Counted from the stretch's first letter, positions 39,023 through 50,760 are shown. The stretch is DNA of 64,000 nucleotides from an uncultured Gemmatimonadales bacterium (GCA_963695555.1 CAVOGR010000001.1:448001-512000), one strand, 5' to 3'. The notes: generated by a model not told the origin, from the sequence alone. Made by a program: numbers and translations.

Positions 39023-39811
39023 CTAGCTGGTCGGCGGACACCCGGGCATGGCGCATCGGTCTCTGAACCGCAGCGTATCCACAATCCGTAGGTGAGTGAC
39101 GGGTAAGTCGAACGCGGTACGACGGAATTCGAATACGCTATTCGCGCTCGACGACACTTCCTTGGCAAAGAACGCGAACGCTCCGGCGGCATGCCCAACC
39201 GAGCGGGAGACCTGACACTCCACATCCATAAGTGCAGGGGCTCGGCATGGCTGACTTGGTGTGTCCGACCGAAGCGTCGACACAGTAAACGTCGCAGTCG
39301 TACTGTTCTCCCAGATGCTGTTGGTGGGTGCGAAGTAGTAGAAGCCGTTGGCGAAGACATTCTCCCCCGATGCCAAGGCCGCCACCCGGTTCGAGGCGCC
39401 TACGGCGAGCAAGGACTCGACGGTCCCCCGATTCCGGTCGAGCCCCGACCAACCCAACACGTTGAGGCTCGACTCGACGAACCGTATGCCCTGAGGAGTG
39501 ATGACGTCCTGATCGATCAGGAAGGCTACCGCGGTGTATGCCGGGTCGGAGATCTCATCGGTGAAGCCGGTGGCCGAGTCGCCGCTCCGGGGGAGGGTTC
39601 CGACGGCAAGGACTTGCTGGATCGCCATGGCCGTGAGGCCGTCACCGCCCAGCACTGGGAATGCCGGGAAATTGACGCGCTCGGCCACGAGCACAAGGGT
39701 CGACCTGAGCGCACCATCGGCCTCGTTTGGGTCCAGTGAGCCTCCGCAGGCTGCCAGCCCGAGGACCCCTGCCACCAGGCACGCCGAGAGCCCTCTCGTC
39801 GGTCGGGTCAT
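39023..39811 (-). CDS. Hypothetical lipoprotein
   Basis: Lipobox LAAC after MTRPTRG; GGAG RBS. Confidence 0.6.
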   Translation of the reverse strand: MTRPTRGLSACLVAGVLGLAACGGSLDPNEADGALRSTLVLVAERVNFPAFPVLGGDGLTAMAIQQVLAVGTLPRSGDSATGFTDEISDPAYTAVAFLIDQDVITPQGIRFVESSLNVLGWSGLDRNRGTVESLLAVGASNRVAALASGENVFANGFYYFAPTNSIWENSTTATFTVSTLRSDTPSQPCRAPALMDVECQVSRSVGHAAGAFAFFAKEVSSSANSVFEFRRTAFDLPVTHLRIVDTLRFRDRCAMPGCPPTS

Positions 39812-40212
39812 ACATCTCTCCACCGCGGGATATCCTGGGGACGACATACGGCCGCCGAAGATGCACGATTGCTGCGGCACGATCTCCGCCTGGCCTCGGG
39901 GTGCGGCGCGACTTCGCGTTTTACTCTTGCCGCTTCGTCGGGTGCTTGGTGAACGGAAGCGCCTACGACGTGGAGACCTACTGTAGGCTGCTCGCCGCGA
40001 CCAGAACACGATGTAGGGTACCACCTCTTGCCACCATGACTAGTGCCAGTGCCATTGCGGCCACCGGCTCGCTCGGCTTGAGGTCGATGGGCGCTGGGCG
40101 CGCAACCCGGACGGGTGTGGGGTGGAGGGGCTGCTCAGCTGACTCCGACTGGCGTTACCTTTCCAGCGACATATTGATCAAGCCACCCGTCCATGTAGCC
40201 CCACTCGAGCCC

Positions 40213-43200
40213 ATGCACATGACGACGGTCCGAAGCCAGCCAGTCCCGCTCACACTCGACGACGCCCGGGCGATTGCCCGCGAACACTACGGTGTGAACG
40301 CTCCGCCACGACAGCTTCCAAGCGAACGCGACCAGAATTTTCTGTTTTGCGCGCCGGCGGGTCCGTGGTACGTGCTCAAGATTGCCGGGCCGAATGACAG
40401 CACAGAGATCCTGACCGCACAGAACACGGTGCTGGAGCATGTGGCCCGGGTTGCTCCGGAGATCGGGGCACCACAACCGCTTCGTACCACGGCCGGCGAC
40501 GGCATTGCCGCCGTCCGTGCCGCGGACGGGACCACCCGCCTCGCCCGTCTCCTGTCGTACGTGCCTGGTCTGCTCTTGGCGGATGTGGCACCGCACACGC
40601 CCGAACTTCTGTCGAGCCTGGGCGCGTTCTTCGGGCGGCTCGACCACGGGCTCTCGGCGCTTGCCCTTCCGGCATTACAGCGAGAATTGCATTGGGATCT
40701 CCAACGCGCCGGCTCGGTCATCGATCGTCACGCAGCGCTCATCAGGGATCCCGCGAGGCTCGCCCTGGTGCGGCACTTCCGTCAGCGTTTCGAGACGATC
40801 GTCGCCCCAGTGCTCCCCACGCTCCGCCAAAGTCTCATCCATAACGACGGGAACGACTACAACATCCTGGTCACTCGCTCCGCTTCCGGAGAGACCGTGA
40901 CCGGGATCATCGATTTCGGCGACATGGTCGAGACCGCAACGGTCATCGAGCCCGCGGTCGCTGCGGCATACGCCATCTTGGGGAAGGCCGATCCGTTGGC
41001 CGCTGCGGCCCATGTGGTGGCGGGGTATCACGGGAGCCATCCCCTCACGGAGCAAGAGATCGGGTTGCTGTATGACCTGATTGCGCTTCGGCTCGCGGTG
41101 AGTGTCTGCCTCGCAGCGCATCAACGACGGCAGGATCCCGACAACGCCTATCTCTCCATTTCGGAGGCACCGGCCTGGGACGCCCTGGGACGCTGGCGGG
41201 ACATTTGCCCTCGACTGGCAACGTATGCCTTCCGCCAGGCGACCGGAATGCACCCGTGCCCGGCGACCCTGGAGATAGTCCAGTGGCTCGACGCCAACCC
41301 CGATCGGATCGGACCAGTCATCGAGCCCGGCCTGGACTCCGGCAGTGTGCTCGTCTTCGATCTTTCCCCCGGCAGCTACCAGTTTATCGACGTGGCCGAC
41401 CCGTTCGACCAGGCCAGCCTCGCTCGGGCGGTCACCGAGCAGATCCGGACAGCAGGGGCCCGGGTCGGAGTGGGGCGCTACAACGAGGCGCGGCGGCTCT
41501 ACCGGGCACCGCAGTTCTGCCCGCCCAATAGCGAGGTGGACGAGTGGCGCACCGTGCATCTGGGCGTGGACCTCTTCCTCGAACCCGGCTCGCCGGTACT
41601 TGCTCCGCTCGACGGCACCGTGCATAGCGTGGCTAACAATCGGGTGCCGCTCGATTACGGCCCGACCGTCATTCTTCGGCACCAACCGGATGATGCTCCG
41701 GAGTTCTTTACGCTGTTCGGGCATCTGAGCGAAGAGTCCCTCACCGCGCTCGGGCCGGGGACGCGCATCGCCAAAGGCGAGCGGGTTGGCGTGATCGGAG
41801 ACATTACGGTCAACGGAGGGTGGCCGCCACACCTCCACTTCCAGATCATCACCGACCTGCTCGACCAATCCGGCAACTTCCCGGGTGTCGCCGCGGCCAA
41901 GGACCAGGCACTTTGGCTTGCACTTTGTCCCGATCCCAATCACGTGCTCCGCATCGACGGGCTCCCCGCGCCGGATACCGGACGGAGCCCCGCCGAGATT
42001 GTAGACGTGCGGCGCCGGCACCTGGGTCCGACGCTCAGCGTGAGTTACCGGCGGCCGCTCAAGATCGTGTCGGGGCGCATGCAGTGCCTGTACGATCATC
42101 TGGGCCGGGAGTTCCTCGATGCCGTGAACAACGTGGCCCATGTCGGCCATTGTCATCCGGCGGTCGTCGAGGCCGCGCAGCGGCAAACGGCACTGCTCAA
42201 TACCAACACCCGCTATCTCCACGACACGATCATCGACTACACGGAGCGCCTTCTCTCGACGTTGCCCGAGCCGCTCCGGGTCTGCTACCTCGTCTGTTCC
42301 GGCAGCGAGGCGAACGAGCTGGCGATCCGGCTGGCGCGGGCTCACACCCAAGCGACGGACGTCGTCGTGATCGACGGCGGCTACCACGGCAACACCACGG
42401 GCCTCATCGAGCTGAGTCCCTACAAGTTCAACGGCCTGGGCGGGGCAGGCGCACCGTCGCACGTCCACGTCGTACCGACGCCCGACTGTTACCGGGGACT
42501 GTACACCGACCCTCGAGAAGCTGGCCGGCGGTATGCCGCTCATGTCGCCGAGACCACGCTCCAGACCAGAAAGCGAGGCCGGCATGTGGCGGCCTTCCTC
42601 GCGGAGTCCTTTCCGAGCTGCGCAGGACAGATCGTGCTGGCACCAGGGTTCCTGGCCGAGAGTTACCGGTTGATCCGGGAGGCCGGGGGCGTGTGCATTG
42701 CCGACGAGGTGCAGGTGGGCTTCGGACGGGTGGGCTCGGACTTCTGGGGCTTCCAGACGCACGAAGTGGTCCCCGACATCGTCACGATGGGAAAGCCGAT
42801 CGGGAACGGCCATCCACTCGGCGCGGTCGTGACCACGCCCGAGATTGCGGCGTCGTTCGACAACGGCATGGAGTATTTCAACACGTTTGGCGGCAACCCG
42901 GTCTCCTGTGCGGTGGGATTGGCGGTGCTGGACGTGATCGAGGGGGAGGGGTTGCAGCAGCACGCCCGGGACGTGGGCGACATGCTGAAGGGCGAACTCC
43001 GTCGATTGGCAGGCGCGCACGAGATCATCGGTGATGTCCGCGGAGCCGGGCTCTTTCTCGGCGTCGAGTTGGTGCGCGATCGCGCGACCCGCGAACCCGC
43101 CGGTCGGGAGGCGTCCTACATCGCCAACCGCATGCGCGATCGCGGCGTGTTGCTCAGCACGGACGGACCGCACGGCAATGTGCTCAAGATCAAGCCGCCG

Positions 43201-43299
43201 ATGGTTTTCGACGTCGCCGACGTTTCGCGCCTGGTCGATGCGTTGGCGCGGGTCCTCGCTGAGCCCAAGTTGAAAACGCTTGCCGCGGGAGATGGATAG
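40213..43299 (+). CDS. Fusion of APH/hydroxylysine-kinase-like phosphotransferase, M23-like domain and class III aminotransferase (phospho-lyase-like)
   Basis: [20 protein letters not shown] and IIDFGD; HLGVDL and [26 protein letters not shown] and TMGKPIGNG. Confidence 0.9.
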   Translation: MHMTTVRSQPVPLTLDDARAIAREHYGVNAPPRQLPSERDQNFLFCAPAGPWYVLKIAGPNDSTEILTAQNTVLEHVARVAPEIGAPQPLRTTAGDGIAAVRAADGTTRLARLLSYVPGLLLADVAPHTPELLSSLGAFFGRLDHGLSALALPALQRELHWDLQRAGSVIDRHAALIRDPARLALVRHFRQRFETIVAPVLPTLRQSLIHNDGNDYNILVTRSASGETVTGIIDFGDMVETATVIEPAVAAAYAILGKADPLAAAAHVVAGYHGSHPLTEQEIGLLYDLIALRLAVSVCLAAHQRRQDPDNAYLSISEAPAWDALGRWRDICPRLATYAFRQATGMHPCPATLEIVQWLDANPDRIGPVIEPGLDSGSVLVFDLSPGSYQFIDVADPFDQASLARAVTEQIRTAGARVGVGRYNEARRLYRAPQFCPPNSEVDEWRTVHLGVDLFLEPGSPVLAPLDGTVHSVANNRVPLDYGPTVILRHQPDDAPEFFTLFGHLSEESLTALGPGTRIAKGERVGVIGDITVNGGWPPHLHFQIITDLLDQSGNFPGVAAAKDQALWLALCPDPNHVLRIDGLPAPDTGRSPAEIVDVRRRHLGPTLSVSYRRPLKIVSGRMQCLYDHLGREFLDAVNNVAHVGHCHPAVVEAAQRQTALLNTNTRYLHDTIIDYTERLLSTLPEPLRVCYLVCSGSEANELAIRLARAHTQATDVVVIDGGYHGNTTGLIELSPYKFNGLGGAGAPSHVHVVPTPDCYRGLYTDPREAGRRYAAHVAETTLQTRKRGRHVAAFLAESFPSCAGQIVLAPGFLAESYRLIREAGGVCIADEVQVGFGRVGSDFWGFQTHEVVPDIVTMGKPIGNGHPLGAVVTTPEIAASFDNGMEYFNTFGGNPVSCAVGLAVLDVIEGEGLQQHARDVGDMLKGELRRLAGAHEIIGDVRGAGLFLGVELVRDRATREPAGREASYIANRMRDRGVLLSTDGPHGNVLKIKPPMVFDVADVSRLVDALARVLAEPKLKTLAAGDG

Positions 43300-43314
43300 C
43301 CCCACCGAAGGAGG

Positions 43315-44757
43315 ATGGCGATGCTGAGACCATTGGTGATTGCCGCCTTGATGGTCACTGGCGGAAGGCCCGCGCCGCCAGCCGCACCTCGACCGGATCT
43401 GGCTGGTATCCGCCTCACCCACCTGGGTCTGGCGTTATCAGTGGACTATGAGGACGCACGGCTCGCGGGGACCGCAACGCTCGCGGTGGAGAACACGTCG
43501 GAGGAGCCAGTCTCGCTGATTCCGCTCTTGCTCTACCGGCTGATGACGGTCTCGGAAGTGACCGACGAGGCCGGGGGCGCACTGGCCTTCACCCAAGACA
43601 TCGTCACGATGGCGGACTGGCCACAGTATCAAGCCAATCACATCACGGTCGTTCTCGATGCCCCGCTCGCACCCGGGCAACGCACCAGCGTGCGGGTAGG
43701 CTACGGCGGGTACTTGGCCGGACTCACCGAGACTGGAATGCGGTATGTGAAGGACCGAATCGAGCGGGAGTTCACCATCATCCGTGAGGATGCCCTGGCA
43801 TTTCCGGTGCTCGGCGTCCCGTCATGGGAGCAGAATCGCGCCGTTGCACGAACCCCGTTCAGCTTCCGGGCTCGGATCACGGTGCCCGAGGGCCTGACCG
43901 TTGCGGCGGGCGGCCGCTTGATCCAGCGCACCCTCGCGAACGGCCGAACCACGTTTGACTACCGGAACATCGAGCCGGTTGAATTCCTCAACATCGCGAT
44001 CGCGCCGTACCAGGTACTCGAAGGTCAGAACGCCACGGTGTTCTTCTTCCCGGCCGACTCGGTGGGGGCCAAGCGCATGCTGGGCCGGCTGGAAGCGGCG
44101 TGGGCACTGCTCGGACGGTGGTTCGGAACGATTGAGTCGCATGCGGGTATCACCGTGATCGAGATCCCCGAAGGATTCGGCTCGCAAGCCAGCCTGGCCG
44201 CCGGAATCATCCAGACGCGAGAGGCCTTCAACGACAGCACCCAGTATCGCCAACTCTATCATGAGCTTTCCCACCTGTGGAACGCGCCCGATCTGGACGT
44301 ACCGTCGCCCCGGTGGAACGAGGGGCTTGCGTCCTTCCTCGAACGCAGGATGGCGGCGGAATTGGATGGGTGGCCCGACATGGACGTGTTTATGGACGAC
44401 GCGGCCCGGACGATCGTCACCCGCTTCGACGGAAACCCGACCTATCAAGCGACGCCTTTGATCGATTACGGCAAGGCGTCGCTCACGGACCTGTCCTATC
44501 GTGTGGGGATGCTCGCGTTTTACGCGCTGAACCGGTTGATCGGCCCCGAGGCCTTCAACAATGCCATCGGAACCTACCTGCGCTTGTACCGAGACTCCGG
44601 GGGGACAACGGCAAACTTGGTCACGGCGTTTCAGCAGGCCGTGCCCACCAGCGACATTACCGGCTTTTTCGAGGACTGGTTCTACTCGATGAACTGGTAC
44701 CAGCGCCTACGGGAAAGCGCGTCGTTGGGTGAGTTGATCGAGGGAAGTCGGAGGTGA
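43315..44757 (+). CDS. M1-like (gluzincin) aminopeptidase
   Basis: HELSH followed by WNEGLA; signal peptide. Confidence 0.75.
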   Translation: MAMLRPLVIAALMVTGGRPAPPAAPRPDLAGIRLTHLGLALSVDYEDARLAGTATLAVENTSEEPVSLIPLLLYRLMTVSEVTDEAGGALAFTQDIVTMADWPQYQANHITVVLDAPLAPGQRTSVRVGYGGYLAGLTETGMRYVKDRIEREFTIIREDALAFPVLGVPSWEQNRAVARTPFSFRARITVPEGLTVAAGGRLIQRTLANGRTTFDYRNIEPVEFLNIAIAPYQVLEGQNATVFFFPADSVGAKRMLGRLEAAWALLGRWFGTIESHAGITVIEIPEGFGSQASLAAGIIQTREAFNDSTQYRQLYHELSHLWNAPDLDVPSPRWNEGLASFLERRMAAELDGWPDMDVFMDDAARTIVTRFDGNPTYQATPLIDYGKASLTDLSYRVGMLAFYALNRLIGPEAFNNAIGTYLRLYRDSGGTTANLVTAFQQAVPTSDITGFFEDWFYSMNWYQRLRESASLGELIEGSRR

Positions 44758-44760
44758 GCC

Positions 44761-45672
44761 TCACGCCTTCCTGGCCGTGGCCCTCTTGCCCCGAGCGTGG
44801 GCTGACCGCATCGCAGGTGGGTACACCGCATGGGCCCAGGAGTCCTTCTCGCCTCGTTTGACTTCATACATGAGGTCATCGGCCGCCTTGATGACCGACT
44901 GGACGCTTGGGGCCGGTGATTCGAAGGTGACCCCGCCAATACTGAAAGTGACGGGCCATCCGTTCTGCTCCATGGCTTCGAGCAGGCGGGTCCGTACCGT
45001 TTGAAGTACTTCGCGAGCCGATGCGGCATCGGTTTCCGGGAACAAGATCACGAATTCGTCCCCGCCCAAGCGCGCGACGGTATCGGTGGATCTGGTGTAT
45101 GTCCGGAGTGTTTGGGCGACCTGCTTGAGGGCCTCGTCGCCGACGAGATGTCCGTGGGCATCGTTCACCGCCTTGAAGTTGTCGAGGTCGATGGCGCACA
45201 CGGAAAACGGATGCTGGTAGCGGCCGGCACGCCGCAACTCGCGGTCGATCTGCGCGTAGATCGCTCTGCTGTTGGCCAGCCCGGTCAGCGGATCGGTGGT
45301 GGACAGCATCTCTTCACGGGCCAGGTGGCGTCTGATCAGTGCCAGCAGGGCACCGATCAGTACGAAGGCTCCGAGCGCCACGATGCTGTTCAGCAGGGGA
45401 ATAACCGCGTGCGAAGGGTCGTGACCGGAGAGACTGTCTGAGAGCACCCAGGTTCCCGCGGCCAGTATGGCCAGCACGATGGCGGGTCGGAGCCCAACGT
45501 ACCAGGCCGTGATCGCGATCGGCGCGAAATAGAGCGGATGGATGGAAATGATCTCCGGACCGGCCGCGTAATCCATCAGGCCGATGCCGGCGATGAGGGC
45601 CAGAGCCGCCGCAATCTTTGTGCGCCGCGGTGTGCGCGTTAGAAATTCGTCGAACCCTCTGAGGATTCTCAC
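44761..45672 (-). CDS. Membrane diguanylate cyclase
   Basis: Four TM segments, then DPLTGLAN, DLDNFKAVND and RLGGDEF with an RxxD I-site (RSTD). Confidence 0.92.
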   Translation of the reverse strand: MRILRGFDEFLTRTPRRTKIAAALALIAGIGLMDYAAGPEIISIHPLYFAPIAITAWYVGLRPAIVLAILAAGTWVLSDSLSGHDPSHAVIPLLNSIVALGAFVLIGALLALIRRHLAREEMLSTTDPLTGLANSRAIYAQIDRELRRAGRYQHPFSVCAIDLDNFKAVNDAHGHLVGDEALKQVAQTLRTYTRSTDTVARLGGDEFVILFPETDAASAREVLQTVRTRLLEAMEQNGWPVTFSIGGVTFESPAPSVQSVIKAADDLMYEVKRGEKDSWAHAVYPPAMRSAHARGKRATARKA

Positions 45673-45749
45673 CCGTGCCTCGCGGGGCAGGGGACCGAGC
45701 CGCGTCGCTCGGTCCCGTTTGCGGTTGCGCTGCGTATGGCGGAAACCGG

Positions 45750-46973
45750 CTAGGGTCGGGTCAGCACTTCCCGGAGGTGCTGGAGCGCCCATTCGAGGTC
45801 CGCCCGGTCCACCACGAGTGGCGGTGCCAAACGAATGACCTGTTCGTGGGTTTCCTTGGCTAGGATGCCGCGCTCCATGAGCGCTTCACAGAACGGTCGA
45901 GCCGGGCCCGACTCGCGCTTGATCACGATCCCGATCATGAGGCCCTTGCCGCGCACCTCGGCGACATGTGGCGAACCGATCTTCCGAATCTCTGCCATGA
46001 GCCAGCTGCCCAATTCCTGCGCGCGTTCGGGGAGCCGTTCATCGACGATGACGCGGAGGGCGGCCTGCGCGATCGCCGCACCCAGCGGATTCCCGCCGAA
46101 GGTCGAGCCGTGGTCCCCGGGCTTGAACATGTCCATCACCGCCCGATCGGCTAGCATGGCCGACACCGGATAGAAGCCGCCGCTCAAGGCCTTGCCCACC
46201 ACCATGACGTCGGGCCGCACGCCTTCCCAATCACAGCAGAACATCTTGCCCGTCCGTCCCAGCCCGGTCTGAATCTCATCGGCCACCACGAGCACGTTGT
46301 GCTCCCGGCATATGTCGGCCGCCGCCGCGAGGTACCCATCCGGAGGCACGATGACGCCGCCCTCACCCTGGAGCGGCTCGAACAGAAACGCGGCGGTATT
46401 CGGTGTGATGGCGGCGCGCAGCGCTTCGGCGTCGCCGTAGGCAATCACCGGAAATCCAGGTGTTGCGGGGCCGAAGTCGCCGCGCGAACCCGGATCGTCC
46501 GAAAACGAGATGATGGTGGTGGTGCGCCCGTGAAAGTTGTTGTGGCACACGATGATCTCGGCTTGTTCACGGGGGATGCCCTTCACGCGATAGCCCCAGC
46601 GCCGCACGGCCTTGATGGCCGTCTCGACCGCTTCCGCCCCCGTGTTCATGGGCAGCACCTTCTCATAGCCCGTGACCTCGCACAACAGTTTGAGGAACGG
46701 CCCCATCTGGTCGTTGTGGAACGCGCGGGAGGTCAAGGTGAGCCGGTCGAGTTGGTCACGGGCGGCCTGCAGAATGGCGGGATGGCGATGTCCCTGATTC
46801 ACGGCCGAGTAGGCCGCCAGGCAATCGAGGAACTTGTTGCCCTCCACGTCCCACACCCACGCGCCCTCCCCGCGGCCGATGACCACCGGCAGCGGGTGGT
46901 AGTTGTGGGCGCCGTAGTGGTCGACCTCGGCGATGAAGTCAGCGGTCGTCTTGGTGTCGGTAAGAGTCGTCAT
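45750..46973 (-). CDS. rocD: Ornithine aminotransferase
   Basis: GAHNYHPLPVV, YSAVNQGHRHP, LTLTSRAF, MNTGAEAVETA and HGSTFGGNPL motifs. Confidence 0.93.
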   Translation of the reverse strand: MTTLTDTKTTADFIAEVDHYGAHNYHPLPVVIGRGEGAWVWDVEGNKFLDCLAAYSAVNQGHRHPAILQAARDQLDRLTLTSRAFHNDQMGPFLKLLCEVTGYEKVLPMNTGAEAVETAIKAVRRWGYRVKGIPREQAEIIVCHNNFHGRTTTIISFSDDPGSRGDFGPATPGFPVIAYGDAEALRAAITPNTAAFLFEPLQGEGGVIVPPDGYLAAAADICREHNVLVVADEIQTGLGRTGKMFCCDWEGVRPDVMVVGKALSGGFYPVSAMLADRAVMDMFKPGDHGSTFGGNPLGAAIAQAALRVIVDERLPERAQELGSWLMAEIRKIGSPHVAEVRGKGLMIGIVIKRESGPARPFCEALMERGILAKETHEQVIRLAPPLVVDRADLEWALQHLREVLTRP

Positions 46974-48400
46974 GATCGGCTCTGTTCTTTCTGATGAAGT
47001 GCCGTGGATGAGGCCGCACTCGCCCGGCCACGTGCGAGCACCGACCGGGCTTCCTCCACCTCCCGCCGAACCTCCGCGGGAGACGTGGAACCGAATGTCT
47101 GCTTGGATTCTATACTCCCTTGGGCGGTAAGCAATCGTCGGTCGATTCCGGCCGCGCCAAGCGCAGCCAACTCTTGATCGGTGGCCTCCGGCAGGCCTCG
47201 ACCGGATGTTTCCAGAGTCTGAATGAGCCGGCCGACGGCATGATGCGCCGTGCGGAACGGGACGCCGCGACGAACCAGCTCTTCGGCCAGATCGAGCGCA
47301 GTCGAGAAGTCCGGTCCGTCCATGCGTGGCGGTTTGAATTCGATGGAGGCGATCGCGCCGGCCATGACTCGGGCTGAATCCCGAGTCGTGTCCGCGGCAC
47401 GGAACAGTGGCGCCTTGTCTTCCTGGAGATCCCGGTTGTAGGCCAGCGGCAGCCCCTTGAGGAGACCGTGGAGGGTGATGAGATCACCGGCCACCGTGGC
47501 CGCCTTGCCTCTGACCAACTCGGCCACGTCCGGGTTCCGCTTGTGGGGCAGGGCGGACGAGCCCGTGCTCCACGCATCGGCCAGCCGGGCCCGGCCGAAT
47601 TCCTCTGAGGACCACAAGACCACCTCCTCGGCCAGACGCGACAGGTGGGTCATGATGAGGGCGCACACCGAGACGAATTCGATGGCCCAGTCGCGGTCCG
47701 CTACGGCATCGATCGAGTTGCCGGACACCGCTGCGAACCCGAGCCGTTCAGCCGTGGCGTGCCGATCGAGCGGGAACGACGATCCGGCACAGGCTCCCGC
47801 GCCGAGCGGGCAGCGGTCGGCCCGGAGGCCCGTGTCTCGGAGTCTTCCGAGATCGCGCTCCAACGCCTCGAAATGCGCGTGGAGGTGATGGGCCAGCAAC
47901 ACCGGCTGAGCCCGCTGGAGATGGGTATAGGCCGGAACGATGGCCGCGTGGTATTCCTCGGCCTTGGTCATCAGGGCGTCTTGGACGTCGCGGACCGCCC
48001 GCTCGATTTCGAACGAGGCATCCTTGAGCCAGAGCAGCACGTCGGTCACGACCTGATCGTTTCGGCTTCGCCCCGCGTGCACCTTGTATCCCGTCTCTCC
48101 AACCAACGCGACCAGCCGGGCCTCCACCGCGCTGTGAACGTCCTCGGGTAGCGGTGTCGCGTCAGCCGCGGGTGGGAAGGTTCCGGCCCGGACTTCCGCG
48201 GCGATCTGCGCGAGGCCGGTGAGGATGGTGTCGTACTCAGCGGAGCTCAACACGCCGGCGTCCTGCAGTGCGGCAGCGTGGGCCTTCGTCCCCGTGAGAT
48301 CGTACAAGACGAGGCGGCGGTCGACGCCGAGCGATGATGAGAATCGACGCAGCGTGTCGTTCAGTTCTTCTTGGAAGCGGCCGCCCCAAAGATCGCTCAC
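46970..48400 (-). CDS. argH: Argininosuccinate lyase
   Basis: LWGGRF, HAGRSRNDQV, YTHLQRAQP, TGSSALPHKRNPD and YNRDLQEDK motifs. Confidence 0.96.
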   Translation of the reverse strand: MSDLWGGRFQEELNDTLRRFSSSLGVDRRLVLYDLTGTKAHAAALQDAGVLSSAEYDTILTGLAQIAAEVRAGTFPPAADATPLPEDVHSAVEARLVALVGETGYKVHAGRSRNDQVVTDVLLWLKDASFEIERAVRDVQDALMTKAEEYHAAIVPAYTHLQRAQPVLLAHHLHAHFEALERDLGRLRDTGLRADRCPLGAGACAGSSFPLDRHATAERLGFAAVSGNSIDAVADRDWAIEFVSVCALIMTHLSRLAEEVVLWSSEEFGRARLADAWSTGSSALPHKRNPDVAELVRGKAATVAGDLITLHGLLKGLPLAYNRDLQEDKAPLFRAADTTRDSARVMAGAIASIEFKPPRMDGPDFSTALDLAEELVRRGVPFRTAHHAVGRLIQTLETSGRGLPEATDQELAALGAAGIDRRLLTAQGSIESKQTFGSTSPAEVRREVEEARSVLARGRASAASSTALHQKEQSRS

Positions 48401-49632
48401 GCGAGTGCCACCTTGCGGCGCTTCGGGACCGGAGCCGTGAGGCTCTGCCGCTTTGTGCTGGCCACTCGGCTCGGCAGGCCGAAGATCTCGATGAACCCGC
48501 GGGCGGACTCATGGTTGAAGGCGTCACCGGCGGCGTAGGTTGCGAGTGCCGGATCGTACAGGGCGTTGGCCGAGCGCCGCGCAACGGGCGTCACGTGGCC
48601 GCGATGGAGTGTGACCTTCACCTCCCCGGTGACCGGCTGCACGGCCTGGTCCACGAAGGCGGCAATCGATTCCCGAAGGGGCGAATACCAGAGGCCATCG
48701 TACGTGAGACGAGCCAATTCCTGCCCCAGGGCTGCTTTGGCGCGCCGTGTCTCGCGGTCGAGGGTCAACTGCTCGAGCGCCTGCCGCGCGGCGTGCAGGG
48801 TCACGGCGGCCGGGGCCTCGTACACTTCGCGGGACTTGATACCGACCACCCGGTCTTCGATCATATCGATGCGTCCGACTCCATGTGCGGCCGCGCGCTC
48901 GTTCAACTCGTTGAGGAGCTGCACGCCCCCGAGTGCCCGTCCATCGAGCGCTGATGGTACGCCGTGCTCGAACGCGATGGTCACCGGTTCCGGCGTGGCC
49001 GGGGCACGCTCGGGATCGACCGTCATCTGCCAGCAGTCGTGTGGCGGTTCCGCCCATGGGTCTTCCAGCTTGCCCGCCTCGATCGAGACGCCCCAGAGGT
49101 TCTCATCGATGGAGTAGGGCGACTTCTTGGTCGCCGTGACGGGAATGTGGTGCGCCTTGGCCCAGGCGATTTCTTCCTCCCGGCTCTTGAGCTCCCAGCT
49201 CCGGACGGGTGCCAGGCACTGCAGATCGGGCGCCAGCGCCGCGACCCCGACTTCGAAGCGCACCTGGTCGTTCCCCTTGCCGGTGCACCCGTGAACGATG
49301 GTATCGGCCCCGACCTCGCGGGCCACTTCCACTAGTCGCTTGACAATGAGGGGACGGCCGATGGCCGAGCCCAGCGGGTAGACTTCCTGGTAGAGCGCTC
49401 CCGCCTTGAGAACCGGCCACAGATAGTCGCGAACGAATTCCTCGCGAAGGTCTTCCACGTAGGCGGCACTGGCGCCGCAGAGGAGGGCCTTCTCCCGAAC
49501 CCCGACCAACTCGCGTTTCTGCCCGAGGTCGGCGCTAACCGTGACCACCTCGGCGTCGTAATGGACCTGGAGCCACTTGAGAATGACGGAGGTGTCGAGC
49601 CCACCGGAGTAGGCGAGAACGAACTTGGGCAT
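48397..49632 (-). CDS. argG: Argininosuccinate synthase
   Basis: LAYSGGLDTS, HGCTGKGNDQVRFE, YSIDENLWG and GIKSREVYE motifs. Confidence 0.97.
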   Translation of the reverse strand: MPKFVLAYSGGLDTSVILKWLQVHYDAEVVTVSADLGQKRELVGVREKALLCGASAAYVEDLREEFVRDYLWPVLKAGALYQEVYPLGSAIGRPLIVKRLVEVAREVGADTIVHGCTGKGNDQVRFEVGVAALAPDLQCLAPVRSWELKSREEEIAWAKAHHIPVTATKKSPYSIDENLWGVSIEAGKLEDPWAEPPHDCWQMTVDPERAPATPEPVTIAFEHGVPSALDGRALGGVQLLNELNERAAAHGVGRIDMIEDRVVGIKSREVYEAPAAVTLHAARQALEQLTLDRETRRAKAALGQELARLTYDGLWYSPLRESIAAFVDQAVQPVTGEVKVTLHRGHVTPVARRSANALYDPALATYAAGDAFNHESARGFIEIFGLPSRVASTKRQSLTAPVPKRRKVALA

Positions 49633-49675
49633 GAGCGTGTCTCGGTGTGGTCTAGAGTTGGTGGAGTGGAGTGGA

Positions 49676-50155
49676 CTAGTCGACACTGAGCAGCGATGCC
49701 AGACGCTGCCTCAGCTTTGCAGTTTGCTTGACGCGCCGGGGGTGGACGATCACCGTATCGTCTCCGGCCAGCGTGGCGAGAATCTCGGGCATGGCGAGGG
49801 AATCGAGGTACACGGCCACGCCCTGGGCCCGGCCCGACAACGTGTGCACGGCGACCGCCACTTCGTTCGCGTCGATACCGGTGACTTCACTCGCGGCGAG
49901 GCGGCGGAGTTGTTCCGGTGGCGTGGCCGTGTGCGGTCCACCATTCCCGCCGGCCGGCAAGTAGCGGTAGCTGTCGCCGGTGGAGACCCGGGTGACGCGA
50001 AGTTCCTTGAGATCCCGCGACAGCGTCGATTGGGTGACTCGAATGCCCCCCGCCGCGAGCTTCGCGGCGAGATCATCCTGGCTCGCAATCGGCGTCGCCC
50101 CCAGGATTTGGAGGATGGTACGGTGGCGGCGAGTCTTGTCGGTCGTATCGGTCAT
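49676..50155 (-). CDS. argR: Arginine repressor
   Basis: TQSTLSRDLKEL and ATLAGDDT motifs. Confidence 0.95.
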   Translation of the reverse strand: MTDTTDKTRRHRTILQILGATPIASQDDLAAKLAAGGIRVTQSTLSRDLKELRVTRVSTGDSYRYLPAGGNGGPHTATPPEQLRRLAASEVTGIDANEVAVAVHTLSGRAQGVAVYLDSLAMPEILATLAGDDTVIVHPRRVKQTAKLRQRLASLLSVD

Positions 50156-50203
50156 GGCCCGCGGGTCGATGGTCGTGTCCTGGCGGGCCCGAGCGCCCGA
50201 TAG

Positions 50204-50237
50204 TGCATTTATATACAGTTATCGGAATATCTATGCA
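50204..50237. promoter_or_regulatory. Tandem ARG boxes
   Basis: TGCATTTATATACA and GGAATATCTATGCA cores with a 20-bp period, ~50 nt upstream of argR. Confidence 0.85.
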
Positions 50238-50345
50238 AGGGGCCGGCTGCCACCGCTCCGGGGGTGATTCTCCGCTCCGGCGGCGGTAGCTTGAAACGAA
50301 GCCTTGATCGGTGGTGTCCCAGAGTCCCGCAACGAGGAGATTCTG

Positions 50346-50564
50346 ATGCCTGAGCAGATCACGAGAAAAGCGCGGGTCGGACGGGCTGCTGCAACCCTTG
50401 GCATCCTCCTGCTCATCGCGAAGCTCGTCATCTCAGTGTTCGGCCTACCGAGCTCCGGCTCCCGCACACTCATCTTTGCCGGGGTCGTGTTCCTCTTCGT
50501 CGGGCTTGCCCTGATCCAGCACGACAAGCGGTCAGGTCCGAACGACGGGATTCCGCACTCATGA
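50346..50564 (+). CDS. Small two-TM membrane protein
   Basis: Strong RBS GAGGAG; two hydrophobic helices. Confidence 0.6.
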   Translation: MPEQITRKARVGRAAATLGILLLIAKLVISVFGLPSSGSRTLIFAGVVFLFVGLALIQHDKRSGPNDGIPHS

Positions 50565-50760
50565 CCTCCGGGCAGCGACCAGGCAACATGAGGTAAGGCA
50601 GCAGTCGGGGCTTCCCTGCCATGGTCTAGCCCTCGCCTCCTTCTCGCTTCATTCTTGCTTCATCCTATCGCGCGAACTTTGGGGACTATTGCTCTCTCAA
50701 TTGGCTCGTCCCCGTGAGTTTGCGGCCTCGCGCCTCCCTACGTTTGTTCGGAGCATCGCC

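Noticed and set aside
39920..40120. Possible degraded gene remnant on the minus strand (DLKPSEPVAAMALALVMVARGGTLHRVLVAASS...)
   Set aside because: It is short, interrupted by stops and has no recognisable family; it cannot be supported without a search.
40675..43422. 915-aa antisense ORF, plus many other long shadow ORFs in the track
   Set aside because: They lie opposite clear genes and have Arg/Pro/Gly-rich non-protein-like composition, as expected from GC-rich codon bias.
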